This document shows, piece after piece, positions 27,901 through 42,900 of a stretch of DNA of 64,000 bases (position 1 is the first letter of the stretch; every line of letters starts with the position of its first letter). Both the position numbers and the translations under genes were made by a program. The notes under the pieces were generated by a model. It made no database searches, was not told the DNA's origin, and saw only the letters and a program-made list of their open reading frames with translations. Source of the stretch: the human T2T-CHM13v2.0 reference genome, Homo sapiens; NCBI RefSeq assembly GCF_009914755.1, contig NC_060938.1; one strand, given 5' to 3'.

Positions 27901-30900
27901 CGTCAGAATGCTTTGAATTCTATGTGAGGGACAAACACTGAGACAATCTTAGTACTATTCAGGAATCCTCTGTGAGGTACAAATTTTTAGACCACAGCAG
28001 AAGTGTTCTGCAATCCTATTTGAGGGACAAACATTCAAACAACAGAGGGAATCTTCTGGAATCCTATGTTACGGACCAACATTCAGACCCTCGTTGCAGT
28101 GTTCTGGAATTCTATGTGAGGGAGAAACACGTAGAACCTATCAGCTGTGTTCTGGAATCCTGTGGGGGGGACATACATGTAGACACCAGCAGCGGTGTTC
28201 TGGAATCCTATGTGAGGGACAAACATTCAGAACCGAGCAGCAGTGTTCTGGAACTCTGTATGAGGGACAAACATTAAGAACACGGCAGGATTTTTCTGCA
28301 ATCCTATGTGAGGGAGAAACACTCTGAAAACCGTAAGTGTGTTTTGGAATCCTACATGAGGGCCAAACAATCAAACCCTCATAGCTGTGTTCCGGAATCC
28401 TATGTGAGGGGCAAACACTCAGACAATCGTAGCAGTTTTCTGGAATCCTTTGTGAGGGACAAGTATTCATTCCCTCGTAGCGGTGTTCGGGAACCCTGTA
28501 TGAGGGACAAACATTCAGACCACACCGTTCTGGAATCCCCTCTGTGGGAAAAACATTCAGACCCTCGTGGCAGTGTTCTGGAATCCTATGTGACGGACAA
28601 AGATTTAGACCACAGCAGCAGTGTTCTGAAATCCTATGTGAGGGACATTCAGACCCTCTTAGCAGTTTTCTGGAATCTTATGTGAGGGACAATCATTCAG
28701 ACCTCAGCAGGAGTGTTCTGGAAAACCCATGTGAGGGACAAACACTCAGACTACAGCAGGAGTGTTCTGGAATCCCCTGTGAGGGACAAACATTCAGACT
28801 GTCTTAGGGGTGTTCTGCAATCCTATGTGACGAACAAACATATAGAATCCAGCAGCATTGTTCTGGAATCCTATGTAGGAGACAAACATTCAGACAATAG
28901 TAGCAGTGTTCTGGAATCCTATGTGAGGGGCAAACATTCAGACCACAGCAGCAGTGTTCTGGAATCCTATGTGAGGGACAAACATTCAAACAACAGCGAG
29001 AGTGTTCTGGAATCCTAAGTTATGGACAAACACTCAGACCCTCGTGGCAGTGTTCTGGAATTCTATGTGATGGAGAAACACTCAGAATCCAGCAGCAGTG
29101 TTCTGGAATCCTATATGACGGAGATACACGTACACCCCAGCAGCAGTGTCCTGGAATCCTATGTGAGAGACAAACTTTCAGACCCCAGGAGCAGAGTTCT
29201 GGAATCCTACATGAGGGATAAACATTCAGACCCTCTTAGCAGTTTTCTTAATCACTATGTCAGGGACAAAGATTCAGACCTCAGCACCATTGTTCTGGAA
29301 TCCTACATGAGGCTCAAACATTCAGACCCTCGTTGCAGTCTTCTGGAATCCTGTGTAAGAGACAATCATTCAGACAACAGCAGGAGTCTTCTGGAATTCC
29401 CTGTGAGAAATAAACACTCAGATCCTCCTAGCAGTGTTCTGGAAACCTATATGACGGACAAACATTTAGACAACTGAAGCAGTGTTATGGAATCACATAT
29501 GAGAGACAGACATTCAGAAACTTGTACCAGAGTTCTGGAATCCTTTGAGAGGGACAAACATTCAGAACCCAGCAGAAATGTTCCGGAATCCTATGTGAGG
29601 GACAAGCATTCAGACACTGGTAGCAGTGTTCTGGAATCCTATGTGAGAGACAAACACTCCGAACCCAGCAGCATTGTTCTGGAACCCTATGTGAGGGAAA
29701 AACATTCATACCACAGAAAGATTGCCTTGGAATCCTATGAGAGGGACAAACACTCAGAACACAGCAGGAGTGTGTTGGAATCCTATGTGAAGGAAAAACA
29801 TTGAGACCCTCGTAGCAGTGTTCTGGAATCCTATGTGAGGGACAAACATTCAGATCCTCGAAGCAGTGTTCTGGAATCTAATGTGAGGGATAAACATTCA
29901 AATAACAGCGGGAGTGTTCTGAAATCCTGTGTTACGGACAAATATTCAGACCATCGTGGCAGTGTTCTGGAATTCTATGTGAGGGACAAACATTCAGAAC
30001 ACAGCAGCAGTGTTCTGGAAACCTATGCGACGGACATACATGCAGACTCCTGCAAGGGGGTTCTGGAATCCTATGTGAGGGACAAACATTCAGAACACAG
30101 CAGCAGTGTTCTGGAAACCTATGTGACGGACATACATGCAGACCCCTGCAGGGGGGTTCTGGAATCCTATGTGAGGGACAAACATTCAGAAGCCTGCAGC
30201 AGTGTTATGGAATCTTATGTGAGGGACAATCATTCAGACTCTCGTAGCAGTGTTCTGGAATTCTGTGTGAGGGTAAAACATTCAGAACCTCATAGCAATT
30301 TTCTGAAATCCTATGTGAGGGACAAACATTCAGAACACAGCAGGAGTGTTCTCAAATCCTCTGTGAGGGAAAATCATTCCGACCCTCATAGCAGTGTTCT
30401 GGAATCCTGTGTGAGGGACAAACATTCAGACCCCAACAACAGTGTTCTGTAATCCTATGTGTTGGACAATCATTCAGAACCCCATAGCAGTGCTCTGGAA
30501 TTCTGTGTGAGGGACAAATATTCAAGCTGTCATTGCAGTGTTCTGGAATCCCGTGTGAGGGACAAACATTCTGACACTGGTAGCAGTGTTCTGGAATCCA
30601 ACGTGAGGGACAAACATTCAGACAACAGCAGGATTGTTCTGGAATCCTATGTGAGGGACAAGCATTCAGACAATCATAGCAGTGTTCTGGAATCCCATGT
30701 GAGGGACAAACATTCAGACCTTCATAGCAGTGTTCTGGAATGGTATGTGATGGACAAACATTCAGACAATCATAGCGTTGTTCTGGAATCCTATGTGAGG
30801 GACAAACATTCAGACACCAGCAGCAGTGTTCTGGAATCCTATGTGAGGGACAAACATACAAACAACAGCTAGAGTGTTCTGGAATCCTATGTTAGGGACA

Positions 30901-33900
30901 AACATTCAGACGCTCGAAGCAGTGTTCTGGAATTATATGTGATGGAGAAACAGTCAGAACCCAATAGCAGTGTTCTGGAATCCTATCTGACGGACATACA
31001 TGTAGACCCCAGCAGCAGTGTTTTGGAATCCTATGTGAGGGACAGTCATTCAGACCCTTGTAGCAGTGTTCTGGAATTCTGTGTCAAGCACAAACTTTCA
31101 GACCCTCATAGCAGTGTTCTGGAATCCTATGTGAGGGACAGTCATTCAGGCCATAGCAGGAGTGTTCTGTAATCCCCTGTGAGGAACAAACGTTCAGACA
31201 GTCGTAGCATTGTTCTGGAATATTATGTGAGGGACAAACATTCAGACAATTGTAGCAGTGTTCCGGAATCCTATGTGAGGGACAAACATTCAAACAACAG
31301 CGGGATTGTTCAGGAATCCTATGTTATGGACAAACATTCTGACCCTCGTAGCGGTGTTCTGGAATTCTATGTGAGGGAGAAACACTCAGAACCCAACATC
31401 AGTGTTCTGGAATCCTATGCGACGGACATACCTGTAGACCCCAGCAGCTCTATTCTAGAATCCTATGTGAGGGACAAACATTACGACCCCAGCAACAGTG
31501 TTCTGGAATCCTATGTGAAGGAAAGTCATTCAGACACTCGTACCAGTGTTCTGGAATTCTGTGTGAGGGACAAACATTCTGATTCCCGTAGCAGTGTTCT
31601 GTAGTCCTGTGTGAGGGAAAAACATTGAGACCACAGCAGGAGTGTTCCAGAATCCCCTGTGAGGAACAGACATTCAGACCCTCATAGAAGGGTTCTGGAA
31701 TCCGGTGTGACGGACAAAAATCTAGACCCCAGCAGCAGTGTTCTGGAATCCTATGTGAGGGACAAACACTCAGAACCCTGCAGCAGTGTTCTGAAACCCT
31801 ATGTGAGAGATAAATATTCCGACGACAGGAGGATAGTTTTGGAATCCTATGTGAGGGACAAACACTCAGAAAACAGCAGGAGTGTTCTGGAATCCTAAAT
31901 GAGGGACAAACACTCAGAAAACAGCAGGAGTGTTCTGGAATCCTAAATGAGGGACAATCTTTCAGATCGTCATAGCAGTGTTCTACAATTTTGTGTGAGG
32001 GACAAACATTCACACCCAAACAGAAGTGTTGTGGAATCCTAAATGAGGGACAAACATTCAAACCCTCATAGGAGTGCTCTGGAATAGTGTGTGACGGAGA
32101 AACTTTTAGACTCCAGCAGCAGTGTTCTGCAATCCTTTGTAAGGGAAAAACAATCAGACCCTCACAGCTGTGTTCTGGAATCCCATGTGATGGACAAACA
32201 CTCAGAACCGAGCAGCAGTGTTCTGTAACTATATGTGAGGGGCAACCATTCAGAACACAGCAGGATTGTTCTGGAATCCTACATGAGGGACTGACACTCA
32301 GAGCACAGCAGGCGTGTTTTGGAATCTTATGTGAGGGACAAACATTCTGACACTCATAGCAGGGTTCTGGAATCCTACGTGAGTGGCAAACATTCAGACA
32401 ATCTTAGCAGTGTTCTGGAATACTATGTGAGGGACAAACATTCAGACACTCGTAACAGTGTTTTGGAATACTATGTTGCAGACAATCATTCGTATGCTCG
32501 TAGCAGTGTTCTGGAATCCTGTGTGAAGGACAAACATTCAGACCACAGCAGGATTGTTCTGGAATCCCCAGTGAGGAACAAACGTTCAGACCTTCATAGC
32601 AGTGTTCTGGAATAATATGTGACGGACAAACATTTAGACCCCAGCAGCGGTGTTCTGAAATCCTATGTTAGTGACAAACATTCAGACCCTTGTAGGAATG
32701 TTCTGGAATCTATGTGAGGGACTTGCTTTAAGACCACAGCAGGAGTGTTCTGGAATCTCATGTGAGGTACAAGCATTTCCACTCTCATAGCTGTGTTCTG
32801 GAATCCTATGTGATGAACAAACATTTAGACCCCAGCAGCAGTGTTCTGGAATCCTACGTGAGGGAAAAACATACAGACCATCATAGCAGTGTATTGGAAT
32901 CCTGTGTGAGGGACAAACATTCAGACAATCGAAGCAGTGTTCTGGAATCCTAAGAGAGAGACAAATATTCAGAACACAGAAGGATTGTTCTGGAATCCTA
33001 TGTGAGGAGCAAACATTCAGAACACAGCAGGAGTGTTGTGGAATCCTATGTGAGGGACAAACTTTGAGACCCTCGTAGTAGTGTCCTGGAATCCTATGTG
33101 AGGGACAAACATGCAGACAATTGTAGCAGTGTTCTGGAATCCTATGTGATCGACAAACCTTCGAACAACAGTGGAAGTGTTCTGGAATCCTATGTTATGG
33201 ACACACATTCAGAACCTTGTGGCAGTGTTCTGGAATTCTATTTGAGAGAGAAACATTCAGAGCCCAGCAGCAGTTTTCTGGAATCCTATGTGATGAACAT
33301 ACATGCAGACCACAGCAGCAGTGTTCTGGAATCTTATGTGAGGGACAAACATTCAGACAATTGTAGCAGTGTTCTGGAGTCCTCCGTGAAGGACAAACAT
33401 TCGGAACCCAGCAGCAGTGTTCTGGAATCCAATGTGAGGGACAAACATATAAATCACGGGGGGGGAGTTTTCTGGAATCCTATGTTACGGACAAACATTC
33501 AGAACCTCGTTGCAGTGTTCTGGAATTCTATGTCAGGGAGAAACAGCCAGAACACAGTAGCAGGGTTTTGGAATCCTATGTGACGGACACACATATAGAC
33601 CCCAGCAGCAGTGTTCTGGGATCCTATGTGAGAGACAAACATTCAGCACCTCGTCACAGTGTTCTCGAATCCTATGTGAGGGACAATCATTCAGATCCTC
33701 GTAGCAGTGTTCTGGAATTCTGTATGAGATACAATCATTCAGACCCTCGTAGCAGTGTTCTGGAATCCTAAGTGTGGGACAAATATTCAGACAATAGTAG
33801 TAGTGTCCTGGAAATCTATGTGAGGGACACACATTCAGACCCTCTTAGGAGTGTTCTGGAATCTTATATGAGAGACAAACATTCAGACAATCGTAGCAGT

Positions 33901-36900
33901 GTTCTGGAATCCTCGGTGAGGGACAAACATTCGGAACCCAGCAGCAGTGTTCTGGAATCCAATGTTATGGACAAACATTCAGAGACTCCTCGCGGTGATC
34001 TGGAATTCTATGTGATGGAGAAACACTGAGAAACCAGCAGTATTGTTCTGGAATCTGATGTGACGGACATACATTTAGACCAGAGCAGTAGAGTTGTGGA
34101 ATCCTATATTGGGGCAAACATTCAGTCCCCAGCAGCATTGTCCTGCAATCCTTTGTGAGGGACAAACATTCAGAACCCAGCAGCAGTGTTCTGGAATCCT
34201 ATGTGAGGCACCATCATTCAGACCCTCGAAGCAGTGTTCTGGAATTTTGTGTGAGGGGCAAACATTCAGACCCTCGTAGCAGTGTTCTGCAATCCTGTGT
34301 GAGGTACTATTATTCAGATGATGGCAGGAGAGTTCTGGAATCCCCTGTGAGGAACAAACATTCAGACCCTCCTAGCAGTGTTCTGTAACCCTATTTGAGG
34401 GACAGATATTCAGACGACAGCAGGGTTGTTCTGGAACCCTATGTGGGGGACAATCACCCAGAACACATCAGTAGTGTTTTGGAATCCTATCTGAGGGACA
34501 AACATTCAGACCCTAGTAGCACTGTTCAGGAATCCTATGTGAGGGACAAACATTCAGACAATCGTAGCATTGTTCTGGAGTCTTATGTGAGGGACAAACA
34601 TTCAGACCCCAGCAGCATTGTTCTGGAATCCTATGTGGGGTTCAAACATTCAAACAACAGCGGGATTGTTCTGGAATCCTATGTTACGGACAAACATTCA
34701 GACCATCGTAGCAGTGTTCTGGTATTCTATGTGAGGGAAAAACACTGAGAATACAGCAGCAGTGTTCTGGAATCCGATGTGTGGGACAAACATTCAGACC
34801 CCAGCAGCAGTGTTCTTTAATCCTATTTGAGGGACAATCATTCAGACTCTCATAGCTGTGTTCTGGAGTTCTGCATAAGGGACAATCGTTCAGACCCACG
34901 TAGCAGTGTTCCGGAATTCTGTGTGATGGAGAAACCTTAATTACTTCATAGCAGTGTTATGGAAGCCTATCTGTGGGACAAACATTCAGACCACAGCAGG
35001 AGTGTTCTGGAACACTAAGTGTTCTCAAATCCTATGTGAGGAACAAACATTCAGACCCTCGCAGCAATGTTCTGGAATCCTATGTGACGGACAAACATTT
35101 GGACTGCAGCAGCAATGTTCTGGAATCCTATGTGAGGGACAAACTTTCAGAAAATCGTTGCAGTGGTCTGGTATCCTAGGTGAGGGACAAACATTCAGAA
35201 CCCAGCAGCAGTGTTCTGGAATCCAATGTGAGGGACAAACATTCAAACAACAGAGGGAGTGTTTTGCAATCCTAGGTAAAGGACAAATATTTAGACAACA
35301 GGAGCAGTGTTCTGGAATCCTGTGGGAAGGACAAACATTAGGACGCTCAGTATAGTGTTCTAGAATCTTATGTGAGAGAAAAACATTGAGACAATCATAG
35401 CAGTGTTCTAGAATCCTTTGTGACGGACAAATATTTAGACCCCAGCAGCATTGTTCTGGAATCCTATGTGAGGGACGAACATTAAAATCACAGCGGGAAT
35501 GTTCTGGAATCCTTTGTTACGGGCAAACATTCAGATCCTCGTCGCAGTCTTCTTGAATTACATGTGAGGGAGAAACACTCAGAACCCACCAGCAGTGTTC
35601 TGGAATCCTTAGCGACAGACATACATGCAGACATCAGTAGCAGTGCTCTGGGATCCTATGTGAGGGACAAACTTTCAGACGGCAGCAGCAGTGTTCTGGA
35701 ATCCTGTGTGAGGGACAATCATTCAGACCCTCGTAGCTGTGTTCTGGAATTCCGTGTGATGGACAAACGTTCAGACCCTCATAGCAGTGTTCTGGAAACC
35801 TATGTGAGGGACAAACATTCAGACCACAGCAGGCATGTTCTGGAATCCTCTGTGAGGAAGAAACATTCAGACCCTCGTAGCAGTGTTCTGGAATCCTATA
35901 TGACAGACAAACATTTAGACCCCAGCAGCAGTGTTCTGGAATCCTGTGTGAGGGACAAACATTCACACCCTCGGAGCAGTGTTCTGGAATCCTATAAAGG
36001 GACAAACACTCAGAACCCAGCAGCCGTGTTCTGGAACCATATGTGAGGGACAAACACTGAGAACACAGCAGGATTGTTTTGGAATGCTATGTGATGGAGA
36101 AACATTCAGGCACTCGTAGCTGTGTTCTGGAATCCTAAGTGAGGGACAAACATTCAGACAATCGTAGCAGTGTTCTGGAATCCTATGCTAGGGAAAAACA
36201 TTCAGACCCCAGTAGCAGTGTTCTGGAATCCTATGTGAGGGAAAAACATTCAAACAACAGCGGGAGTGTTCTGAAATAGTATGTTACTGACAAACATTCA
36301 GACCCTTGTCACAGTGCTCTGGAATTCAAAGTGAGGGGGAAACACACAGAACCCAGCAGCTGTGTTCTGGAATCCTGTGTGACGGACATACACATAGACC
36401 CCAGCAGCGGTGTTCCGGAATCCTATGTGACGGACAAACATTCAGACTCCAGCAGCAGTGTTCTGGAATCCTCTGTGAGGGACCATCATTCAGACTCTCG
36501 TACTAGTGTTCTGGAATTCTGCGTGAGGGGCAAACATTCAGACCATCGTGGCAGTGTACTGGAATCCTGTGTGAGGGATAGTCATTCCGAACACAGCAGG
36601 AGTATTCTGGAATCCCCTGTATGGAAAAAACATTCAGACCCTAGCAGCAGTGTTCTGGAATCCTATGTGAGGGACAAACATTTAGACCCCAGCAAAAGTG
36701 TTCTGGAATCCTGTGTGAGGGACAAACATTCAGACTTTCGTAGCAGAGTTCTGGAATCCTATCTGAGGGGCAAACACTCAGAAACCAGCACCAGTGTTCT
36801 GGAACCCGATGTGAGAGACAAACATTCAGACCACAGCAGGATTGCTTTGGGGTCCCATGTGTGGGAAAAACAGAAAACAGCGGGAGAGTATTGGAATCCT

Positions 36901-39900
36901 ATGTGAGGGACAAAACATTCAGACCCTCTTTGCAGTGCTGTGGAATCCTATGTGAGGGACAAACTTTCAGAAAATCACAGCAGTGGTCTGGAATCTTATG
37001 TGAGAGACAAACATTCAGAACTCAGCACCAATGTTCTGGAATCTTATGTGAGAGACAAACATTCAGAACTCAGCACCAATGTTCTGGAATCTTATGTGAG
37101 AGACAAACATTCAGAACTCAGCACCAATGTTCTGGAATCCTATGTGAGAGACAAACATTCATACAACAGCGAGAGTGTTCTGCAATCCTAGGTAATGGAC
37201 AAACATTTAGAAACCAGCAGCAGTGTTGTGGAATCCTATGAGAGGCACAAACATTCAGACCTTAGTAGAGTTATTCTGGAATCCCATGTGAGGGACAAAC
37301 ATTCAGAACCTCGTCGCAGTTTTCTGGAATTCTGTGTGAGGCAGAAACACTCTGAACCCAGAAGCAGTGTTCTGGAATCCTCTATGACAGACACACATGT
37401 AGACCTCAGCAGCTGTGTTCGGGAATCCTATGTGAGGGACAAGCATTCAGACCGCAACAGCATTATTGTGGAATCCCAAGTCAGGGACAATCATTCAGAC
37501 CCTCGTAAGAGTGTTCTGGAATTTTGTGTGAGAGACAAACATTCAGACACTCATAGCAGTGTTCTGGAAAGCTATGTGAGGGAGAAACATTCAGACAACA
37601 GTAGGCGTGTTCTGGAATCCCCTGTGAGGAAAAACATTCATACCCTCGTAGCAGTGTTCTGGAATCCTATGTGATGGACAAACATTTAGACCCCATCAGC
37701 AGTGTTCTGGAATCCCATGTGAGCAAAAAACATTCAGACGCTAGAAGCAGTGTTCCGGAGTCCTATGTAGGAACAAACACTCAGAACCCAGCAGCACTGT
37801 TCTGGAACGCTATGTGAGGGACAAAGATTCAGACCACAGCAGGATTATACTGGAGTCCTATGTGAGGGACAAACACTCAGAACAGAGCAGGAGTGTTTTG
37901 GAATCCTATGTGTCAGACAAACATTCAGACACTCATAGCAGTGTTCTGGAATCCAATGCAAGAGACAAACTTTCAGACGACAGCAGCAGTGTTGTGGAAT
38001 CCTCTGTGAGGAACAAACTTTCAGAATATCGTAGCAGTGTTCTGGAATCCTATGTGAGGGACAAACATTGAGATCCCAGCAGCAGTGTGCTGGAATCCTA
38101 TGTGAAGGACAAACATTCAAACAACAGCGAGAGTGTTCTGGAATCCTAACAAGTAGACAAACATTTAGACACCAGCAGCAGTGTTCTGGAATCCTATGTG
38201 AGGAAAAACATATTCAGAACCTCGTAGGGTTATTCTGGAATCCTATATGAGGAACATATATTCAGACCCTCATAGGATTATTCTGGAATCCTATGTGATT
38301 CAGACACCAGGAGCAGTGTTCTGGAATCCTATGTGTGAGACAAACATTCAAACAACAGTGTGAGTGTTCACGAATCCTATGTGACGGACAAACATTCAGA
38401 CCTTCCTCGCAGTGTTTGGAATTCTATGTGAGGGAGAAACACTCAGAACCCAGCAGGAGTGCTCTGGAATCCTATGTGACGGACATACATGTAGACCCCA
38501 GCAGCAGTGTCCTCGAATCTCATGTGAGGGAGAAACATTCAGACCCCAGGAGCAGTGTTCTGGAATCCTATGTGAGGACAATGATTCAGGACCTCGTAGC
38601 AGTGTTCTGGTATTCTGTGTGAGGTACAAACTTTCAGACTCTCTTACCACTGTTCTGCAATCATGTGTGAGGGAAAAACATTCAGACCCACAGCAGGAGT
38701 GTTCTGGAATCACCTGTGAGGAACAAACATTCAGATCCTCCTAGCACTGTTCTGGAATCCTGTGTGACGGACAAACATTTAGACGCCAGCAACAGTGTTC
38801 TGGAATCCTAATTGCGGGACAATCATTCAGACCCTTGTAGCAGTGTTATGGAATCCTTTGTGAGGGACAGACATTTAGAACCCAGCGACAGCATTCTGGA
38901 ACACTATGTGAGTGAGAAACATTCAGACCACAGCAGGATTGCTCTGGAATCCTATGTGAGGGACTAATATTCAGACCTTCGTAGCAGTGTTCTGGAATCC
39001 TAAGTGAGGGACAAACATTCAGACAACCGTAGCAGTGTTCCAGAATCCTATGTGAGGGACATTCATTCAGACGTTCGTAGCTGCGTTGTGGAATTCTGTG
39101 TAAGAGCCATATATTGAGATCCTCAAAGCCGTGTTCTGGAATCCTACGTGAGGGACAAACATTCAGACCACAGGAGGATTGTTCTGGAATCCTCTGTGAG
39201 GAAAAAACATTCAGACCCTCGTAGCACTGTTCTGGAATCCTATGTGAGGGACGAACCTTTAGACCCCAGCAGCAGTGCTCTTGAATCCTACGTGAGGAAA
39301 AAACATTCAGACACTCGTAGCATTGTTCTCGAATCATATGTGAGGGACAAACATTCAGATAATCTTAGCCATGTTCTGGAATCCTATGTGAGGGACAAAT
39401 ATTCAGACCCCAGCAGCGTTCTGGAATCCTATGTGAGGAACAAACATTCAAACAACAGCGTGAATGTTGTCGAATCCTATGTAACAGACAGACTTTCAGA
39501 ACCTCGTCGCAGTGTTCTGGAATTCTGTGTCAGGGAGAAACACTCAGAACCCAACAGGAGTGTTCTGGAATGCTATGTGACGGACATACATGTAGACGCC
39601 AGCAGCAGTGTTCTTGAATCATATGTGAAGACAAACATTCAGATCTCAAAAGCAGTGTTCTGGAATCCTCTGTGAGGGTCAATCATTCAGACCCTTGTAG
39701 CAGTGTTCTGGAGATGTTTGTGAGGGAGGAAGCTTCAGACCCCCATAGCAGCGTTCTGGAAGCCTATGTGAAAGACAAACATTCGGACTAGAGCAGGATT
39801 GTTCTGGAATCCAATGGGAGGAACAAATATCCGGACCCTCGTAGCATAGTTCTGAAATCCTATGTGACGGACCAACATTTAGAGCCCAGCAGCAGTGCTC

Positions 39901-42900
39901 TGGAATCTCAAGTGAGGGACAAACATTCAGACCCTCAGTGCAGTGTTCTAGAATCCTATATGAGGGACAAACATTGAAACAATCGTAGTAGTGTTCAGAA
40001 ACCTATGTGACGGACAAACATATAGACCCCAGCAGCAGTGTTTTGGAATCCTATGTGGGGGACAAACATTCAAACAACAGCAAGAGTGTTCTGGAATCCT
40101 CTGTTACAGAGAAACATTCAGATCCTCGTCGCAGTGTTCTGGAATTCTAACTGAGGGAGAAACACTCTGAACCCTGCAGCAGTGTTCTGGAACCCTATGT
40201 GACAGACATACATGTAGACCCCAGCAGCAGTGTTCTGGAATCCTATGTGAGGGACAAATATTCAGACAGCAGCCGTAGTATTCTGGAATCCTATGTGAAG
40301 GATAGTCATTCAGACCCTCATAGCAGTGTTCTGGAATTCTCTGTGTGGGACAAACATTCAGACCCTCATAGCAGTGTTCTGGAATCCCCGGTGAGGAACA
40401 AACATTCAGAGCCTCATATCAGTGTTATGGAATCCTATGTGATGGACAAACATTAAGACCCCAGAAGCAGTTTTCTGGAATACTGTGCGAGGAACAAACA
40501 TTCAGACCCTGGTAGTAGTGTTCTGGAATCCTATGTGAGAGACAAACACTCAGAACCCAACAGCAGTGTTTTGGAACCCTATGTGAGAGTCAATCATTCA
40601 GGCCACAGCAGGATTATGCTGGAGTCCTATGTGAGGGACAAACACTCAGAACATAGCAGGAGTGTTTTGGAATCCTATGTGAGGGAAAAACTTTCAGACA
40701 CTCGTAGCAGTGTTCTGGAATCCTATGTGGGAGACAAACATTCATACAATCTTAGCAGTGTACGGGAATTCTTTGCGAGGGACAAACATTCAGACCCCAG
40801 CAGCAGTGTTCCAGAATCCTATGTGAGCTATAAACATTGATACAACAGTGGGAGTGTTCTGGAATCCTATGTTACGGACAAACATTCAGACCCTCTTCAC
40901 AGTGTTCTGGAATTCTATGTGAGGGAGAAACACTCAGAACCCAGCAACAGTGTACTGGAATCCTATGTGACGGACATACATGTAGACCCGAGCAGCAGTG
41001 TTCTGGAATACTATGTGAGGGACAAACATTCATAACACGGCAGGAGTGCCCTGGAATCCTATGTGAGGGAAAACATTCAGACAATCGTAGCAGTGTTTTG
41101 GAATCCTATGTGAGGGACTAACTTTCAGACCCCATCAGCAGTGTTCTGGAATCCTATATGAGGGACAAACATTCAAACTACAGAGGCTGTGTTCTGGAAT
41201 CCTAAGTTATGGACAAACATTCAGATCCTCTCCGCAGTGCTCTGGAATTCTATTTGAGGGAGAAACAATCAGAACCCAGCAGCAGTGTTCTCGAATCCTA
41301 CATGAGGGACATACATTCAGACCACAGCAGCAGTGTTCTAGAACCCTATGTGAGGGACAAGCATTCAGACCGTCGTAGCAGTGTTCTCGAATTCTGTGTG
41401 AAAGACAAAGATTCAGACCATCAGAGCAGTGTTCTGGAATCCTTTGTGAGGGACAAACATTCAGACCACAGCAAGAGTCTTCTGGAATCCTCTGTGAGGA
41501 ACAAACATTCAGAACCTCATAGCAGTGTTCTGGAATCCTATGTGATGGACAAACATTTAGACCTCAGAAGCAGTGTTCTGTAATCCTGTGAGAGACAAAC
41601 ATTCAGACACTCGTTGCAGTGTACAGGAATCCTGTGTGAGGGAAAAGAACTCAGAACTCAGCAACAGTGTCCTGGAACCCTATGTGAGGGACAAACATTC
41701 AGGCCACAGCAGGATTGTTCTGGAATCCTATGTGAGGGACAAACACTCAGAACACAGCGGGAGTGTTTTGGAATCCAATATGAGGGAGAAACATTCAGAC
41801 CCTCATAGCAGTGTTCTGGAATCCTATGTGAGGGACAAACTTTCAGAAAATCGTAGCCATGTTCTGGAATCTCAAGAAAGGGAAATAAATTCAGACCCCA
41901 GCAGCAGTGTTTTGTAATCCTATGTGAGGGAGAAACATTGAACCAAGATCGGGAGTGTTCTGCAATCCCTGGTTATGGACAAATATTCAGAACCTCGTCT
42001 CAGTGCTCTGGAATTCTATGTGAGGTAGAAACAGTGAGAACCCAGCAGCAGTATTCTGGAATCCTATGTGAGGGAAAATCATTCAGACCCCAGCAGGAGT
42101 GTTCTGGAATCCTATGGGAGGGACAATCATTCAGACAATCGTAGCAGTGTTCTGGAATCCTATGTGAGGGGCAAACATGCAGACGCTTGTAGCAGTGTTC
42201 TGGAATCCTATGTAAGTGACAAATATTCAGACCCTTGTAGCATTGTTCTGGAATCCTATGTGAGGGACAAACATTGAGACAATCGTAGCTGTGTTCTCGA
42301 ATCCTATGTGAGGGAGAAACATTCAGACTACAACAGCAGTGCTCTGGAATCGTATGTGAGGGACAAACATTTCAACAACAGAGTGAGTGTTCTGGAATCC
42401 TAAGTTACGGACATACATTCAGAAATTCGTCTCAGTGATCTGGAATTCTATGTGAGGGCGAAACACTCAGAAACCGGCAGCAATGTTCTTAAATCCTATG
42501 TGACAGACATACATGTAGACGGTAACAGCAGTGTCCTGTAATTCTGTGTGATGGAAAAACATTCAGACACTCATAGCAGTGTTCTGGAATCCTATTTGAG
42601 GGACAAACATTCAGACCACAGCTGGAGTGTTCTGCAATCCCCTGCGAGTAACAAATATTCACATCCTAGTAGCAGTGTTCTGGAATCCTATATGAGGGAC
42701 AAACATTCGGATCCTCTTAGCAGTGATCTGGAATCCTATGTGAGGGTAAATCATTCAGAACCTAGTTGCAGTGTTCTGGAATCCTATATGAGGGACAAAC
42801 ATTCGGATCCTCTTAGCAGTGTTCTGGAATCCTATGTAACGGACAAACATTAAGACCCCAACTGCAACTGCGGTGTTCTGGAATCCCATGTGAGGGACAA

